Positions 60,875 to 64,000 of a DNA stretch of 64,000 nt are shown piece after piece. The notes under the pieces were generated by a model that saw only the letters and a program-made list of their open reading frames with translations, ran no database searches and was not told the origin of the DNA. The stretch is taken from contig NW_027362762.1 in assembly GCF_046119375.1 (NCBI RefSeq), positions 388,926,001-388,990,000 on the forward strand, given 5' to 3'. Both the position numbers and the translations under genes were made by a program. This stretch comes from Phyllobates terribilis. Taxonomy: Eukaryota. Position 1 is the first letter of the stretch. Each line of letters starts with the position of its first letter.

Positions 60875-61364
60875 CTAATACTAGCATAGAGTTTAGTATT
60901 TGAGCTGACAATGTTAGTGTAGCATGCACTGTAATCCTGACCATGTAATACAGGAACAGCTAGAGAATAAGGGCCTTTTATACATTAGATAGCTGTCTGC
61001 CAAACAGTTGTTCATCCGACTGCTTTCTCTATCAATTCCCCCTTACATAAGAACCTTCAGCTCGGCCAAACATTCATTTGTTTTCAAAGTTTGGAGTGAA
61101 GAAAACCACCACCAAACAGCTTTGGCAACAGCTTAATTCATGAACAACAAAAGGGTCGGGCATTAAAATTCAAACTGCTGGACGCCTATCTCCCCCGACT
61201 TTATTTTGCAGGAGAGTGTCAGGGGGCTGATTAGATTGAAGGTTGACTTTTTTTTGCCTAATGTGTATAGGAGCCTTAACATAGCATGTGAATTTCAAGG
61301 TTAAATAAAAACTGCAAATTTAGCCTAATTTGTTGGCCTAAGACAAGGCCTTCTTATATACCTA

Positions 61365-61862
<498 letters not shown>

Positions 61863-62984
61863 CTAACATGACAAGGAATTTTAGGTCCAATCTCAAGAAT
61901 AAGCCACATAACATTAGTTTAAGTTCCCAGGATGGGTTTTTGGTGAGTTTTTGATACTGCATATTTTGGGTACACCAAAAACGCAGCGTCTTACAGTTAC
62001 AGAAATGTGGATGGTATTTATAGAAATCTCCTGCCCACTGTAGAAGTATCAAAAACAAAGCTTTATTTAGAACATGATATATCAACAAGAAACAATAAAT
62101 GCGGCGTCAAAAACTCAATAAAAATGAAAATAACACAATTTACCCGACAGGTGCAGAAACGCTGCAGAACGTCAACATAATCAACAAAAACTCAATGTGG
62201 CAACAAAGCCTCCAAACTAGTTAAGAATATTGCATATAATAGCTGTTTTTTGCAGCCTAGGAAAGTTCCCTGAGGAATATACAGATACTTTCTGGAGGGC
62301 TGTGACTTGATGTTGACAGCATTTTGGTGCTGGATCTATTGGTAGAAAGTGTTATTTTTGAGACTTTTCTTATATACATAGATCATAAGATTCATTTATC
62401 AATGTGTTGCATTTGTAGAAGTGGCCTATGACTTTTAGTGTGGCAATACAGAATGGTATGGACTCTGCAAGCTGCTATATCATGCCTTTAAAAGGCATCA
62501 TATTCTCCCTGGAAGAAATGCTGATCAATATACACTGAAATAAGCTACAATTATTTCACAAGGCCTCCATATTAATTAGAAAAAAGGGACATTTTTCATC
62601 CATTTGCTGGGTACACTTTTTCCTATATTTTTTCTCTGTGTGTCCATTTTTAATGTCTGTGTGGCTTCCATTTTTCTCACATGTCAAAAAAATTCCAAGC
62701 TTCTCCTACCCATTAAACAGTAAAAAATATCCAATACTTGGATGACATATTAGCATCATTATATGGTCCAATTTTTTTTCTTCACGAACCCATTGATTTT
62801 AACCGTAGAGTTTGATCCATTACCTGGATTAAAAATCAAACATGTTTCTATTGCCTTCAGACTACAGTGGGTACATGTTCTATCCATGTAAAACGGACGT
62901 CAAAATGAGGTCAGATTTATTTGAATAACTCCTTATGGATCTATACACAGGTTTGCGTTACTGCTTTGTAAATGAGCCTTAGGG

Positions 62985-63145
62985 GAGAGTGACACGGCCG
63001 TATAACTCTGACGAGGATCGCAACACAATACTTGGACTGGCCGTCGGATGCATAGAAATGCATGCTGTCATGCTCCTGTTGGAAGAGCCAACGGCCTGTC
63101 CGAGCATTGCATTGCGATCCTCGTCAAAGTTATAAGGACTCTTCC
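62985..63145. mobile_element. Short palindromic MITE-like element
   Basis: tataactctgacgaggatcgcaa ... ttgcgatcctcgtcaaagttata inverted arms. Confidence 0.6.
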
Positions 63146-64000
63146 ATTAATAAGGGAGTGAAAGCTGTCTAAAATGATACATTGCATCGTCATTGATGGC
63201 TGCATTCACTAGGATTTTTGATAAATGCTTTCCTGTATCCCCTGATGTGATCTAATTCCACAAATCTAACTCCCCAGCTTCCTATTCTTAACTGTTATAA
63301 ATTATTACTTAAATCCTCAAATAACTTCTGTCTTTAATGTATGTGCAAAAAAAAAACGTGTCTAGAAATATACAACTTTGCTAACTTTCATTAATTCATT
63401 TATCTCTTGATTTTACATAGACTGAAGGTTCACGATTTTACATACGCTGAAGGTACAGAATCACATATCGGAGATATTGAAACTCCACATATAGGACGTC
63501 TAGTCATTTCCCTAATACTATTACAAAAGTATTTCGATTTTTCTTTCAGTGGTATACAAGAGGGGCATCTGTCATGAAAGAAATGACCCCAATACCAGTA
63601 GAAGCCTTTTTCTATTAGCACCCCAGTATATTCAGCGTGCAATATAAAATAGGATGCAGTCAGAAGTACAGGGCGTGCGCTTGATTTGAGGCTCTTGCTC
63701 CCTGCCATGTGTACGAGGCTTTACAATTATGTTCATTTACAGAATATTATCCTGTCTTACTGGCAAGAAACAGGTTCATTGGGAAACAGATCGCAGCGAC
63801 AGATCTAGTTGTTTTACTGTTGAGCCTTAATAGGGCTTAATTGGCACAATATGCGGGTTGTAAATGTAATGAGATGAACTCATTCATTGGTAGTAATCAT
63901 ATCTGTAATTTCATTTAGTACAAAGCAGAAGCTTTTAAGCCAAAACAGATTATTTTATGAGAACGGTAACCAGTGAAATAGAGGTTATTTTACTTCCATA

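Noticed and set aside
63430-63708. 92-aa ORF as a possible LANCL3 upstream exon
   Set aside because: It lacks the expected HWCHGAPG-containing sequence and any recognisable homology; that exon probably lies beyond the window.

Overview
Vertebrate genomic DNA, probably an anuran frog judging by the repeat landscape (inference). Two host genes lie on the minus strand in the conserved LANCL3-XK order: the last two coding exons of LANCL3 (61738-61531, 60824-60665) and coding exon 1 of XK (22174-21930). XK intron 1 runs off the start of the window. Most of the rest is nested transposable elements. (1) A 16.1-kb hAT element (1831-17925, 8-bp TSD) has its BED-finger transposase split by a very young 7.85-kb Gypsy element (1001-bp LTRs, tRNA-Ser PBS, -1 frameshift signal). 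(2) A decayed 15.1-kb Gypsy (32649-47741, tRNA-Ile PBS) carries Harbinger-family insertions at the same TAA in both LTRs. The 5' one has an intact transposase ORF and a 4-exon Myb/SANT gene, and an inverted solo LTR of the same family inside gag shows the empty site. (3) An intact DD35E Tc1-type transposon sits at 50756-52325. There are also many hAT, Harbinger and TTAA-type MITEs with internal minisatellites, and a 796-bp insertion with 262-bp inverted arms and a 15-bp TSD. There are no prokaryotic features, rRNA, tRNA genes or CRISPR arrays. Nothing here can be shown from sequence alone to be a new biological system; the same-site Harbinger occupancy of both LTRs is the strongest unexplained pattern.
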